Shown: piece after piece, positions 63,447 through 64,000 of the stretch | Layout of the letters: each line of letters begins with the position of its first letter | Position numbering within the stretch: the first letter of the stretch is position 1 | Source of the DNA: Camelus dromedarius | Lineage: Eukaryota | NCBI RefSeq assembly: GCF_036321535.1 | Contig: NC_087437.1 | Location: 7,316,001-7,380,000 of the forward strand | Direction of reading: 5' to 3' | Length of the DNA: 64,000 nt | Translations under genes and position numbers: made by a program | Notes under the pieces: model-generated | Database searches by the model: none | Told to the model about the DNA's origin: nothing | Seen by the model: the letters and a program-made list of their open reading frames with translations, nothing else

Positions 63447-63518
63447 TATTTTTTTAACTAATTTTTTAAATTGAAGTAAAGTCAGTTTACAATGGGTCTA
63501 TTTCTGGTGCACAGCATA
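63447..63518 (-). mobile_element. Extremely 5'-truncated (~72 bp) lineage-specific L1
   Basis: ttgaagtaaagtcagtttacaatg...tttctggtgcacagcat; 15-bp TSD taaatcaccc(a/g)tttt at 63432-63446 and 63519-63533. Confidence 0.85.
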
Positions 63519-64000
63519 TAAATCACCCGTTTTCATCTTAGTGTTCAACTGTGAAAAAAATCTATGTAAATTATGAGTCCTCATGATCTAGCACATGCCT
63601 CTTCTGGTTCTTATTTGGGCAAGTCAGCTGTGGTTTCTGAAGGAAGCTATTCAGCAGCCTCTACTGAAACTTAGAAAGTCTTATTTTCATGGGTTACAGA
63701 AGACAGAAAACCAGGTTCAGTGTTGACTGCCAAGGGGAGAAAGAGTGACGCGTTCTCATTCAATGGTTCCCAAATCATCAATCATTCTGCCTGAATCCTC
63801 CTTCCTTCTGACCCTGGGGAAGTACAAAAATGCACTTGAGAAAAGGTCCTGGAGGAGGCCTAGGGTGTCAGCGCCTTTGTATGTGCTCATAAGGACTACC
63901 CCTTCAAGAAGTTAATATTCCGTACCCCTTGATTGAGCTCAGGACCTCCAGACAAGTTGGCGTTCTCCACAGCATGTGATATATGGCAAGATTCACTGGG

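Noticed and set aside
1..64000. CRISPR arrays, operons, prokaryotic or phage systems, CpG island
   Set aside because: The sequence is mammalian and repeat-rich. There are no regularly spaced repeat-spacer units, no long ORFs and no extended CpG-rich segment.

Overview
Mammalian non-coding DNA, most likely camelid (Camelus/Lama/Vicugna). This rests on four tRNA-derived SINEs that look like Vic-1 and on young L1 3' ends; I saw no ruminant, pig, carnivore or primate SINEs. The window is AT-rich and CpG-depleted. I recognise no protein-coding exon, true RNA gene or CpG island, so it looks like a gene desert or a large intron. A large fraction is interspersed repeat: L1 of several ages, L2, MIR, L3/CR1, L4/RTE-X, MaLR/ERVL solo LTRs, and hAT and Tigger MITEs. 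Between the repeats are stretches with dense developmental transcription-factor motifs (candidate enhancers). The most interesting observations are: (1) a fossil minimal hammerhead-ribozyme motif at the 3' end of a probable L4/RTE-X LINE (908-941); (2) an unexplained ~0.5 kb coding-like segment that is nearly open in register on both strands (30781-31314); (3) a perfect 17-bp hairpin with a UNCG-type loop (54812-54849); (4) a 17-nt inverted templated insertion at an L1 inversion junction. I found no convincing new biological system. Repeat family names come from recalled consensus sequences, not from a RepeatMasker run. Boundaries without stated target-site duplications (TSDs) are approximate, to within tens of bp.
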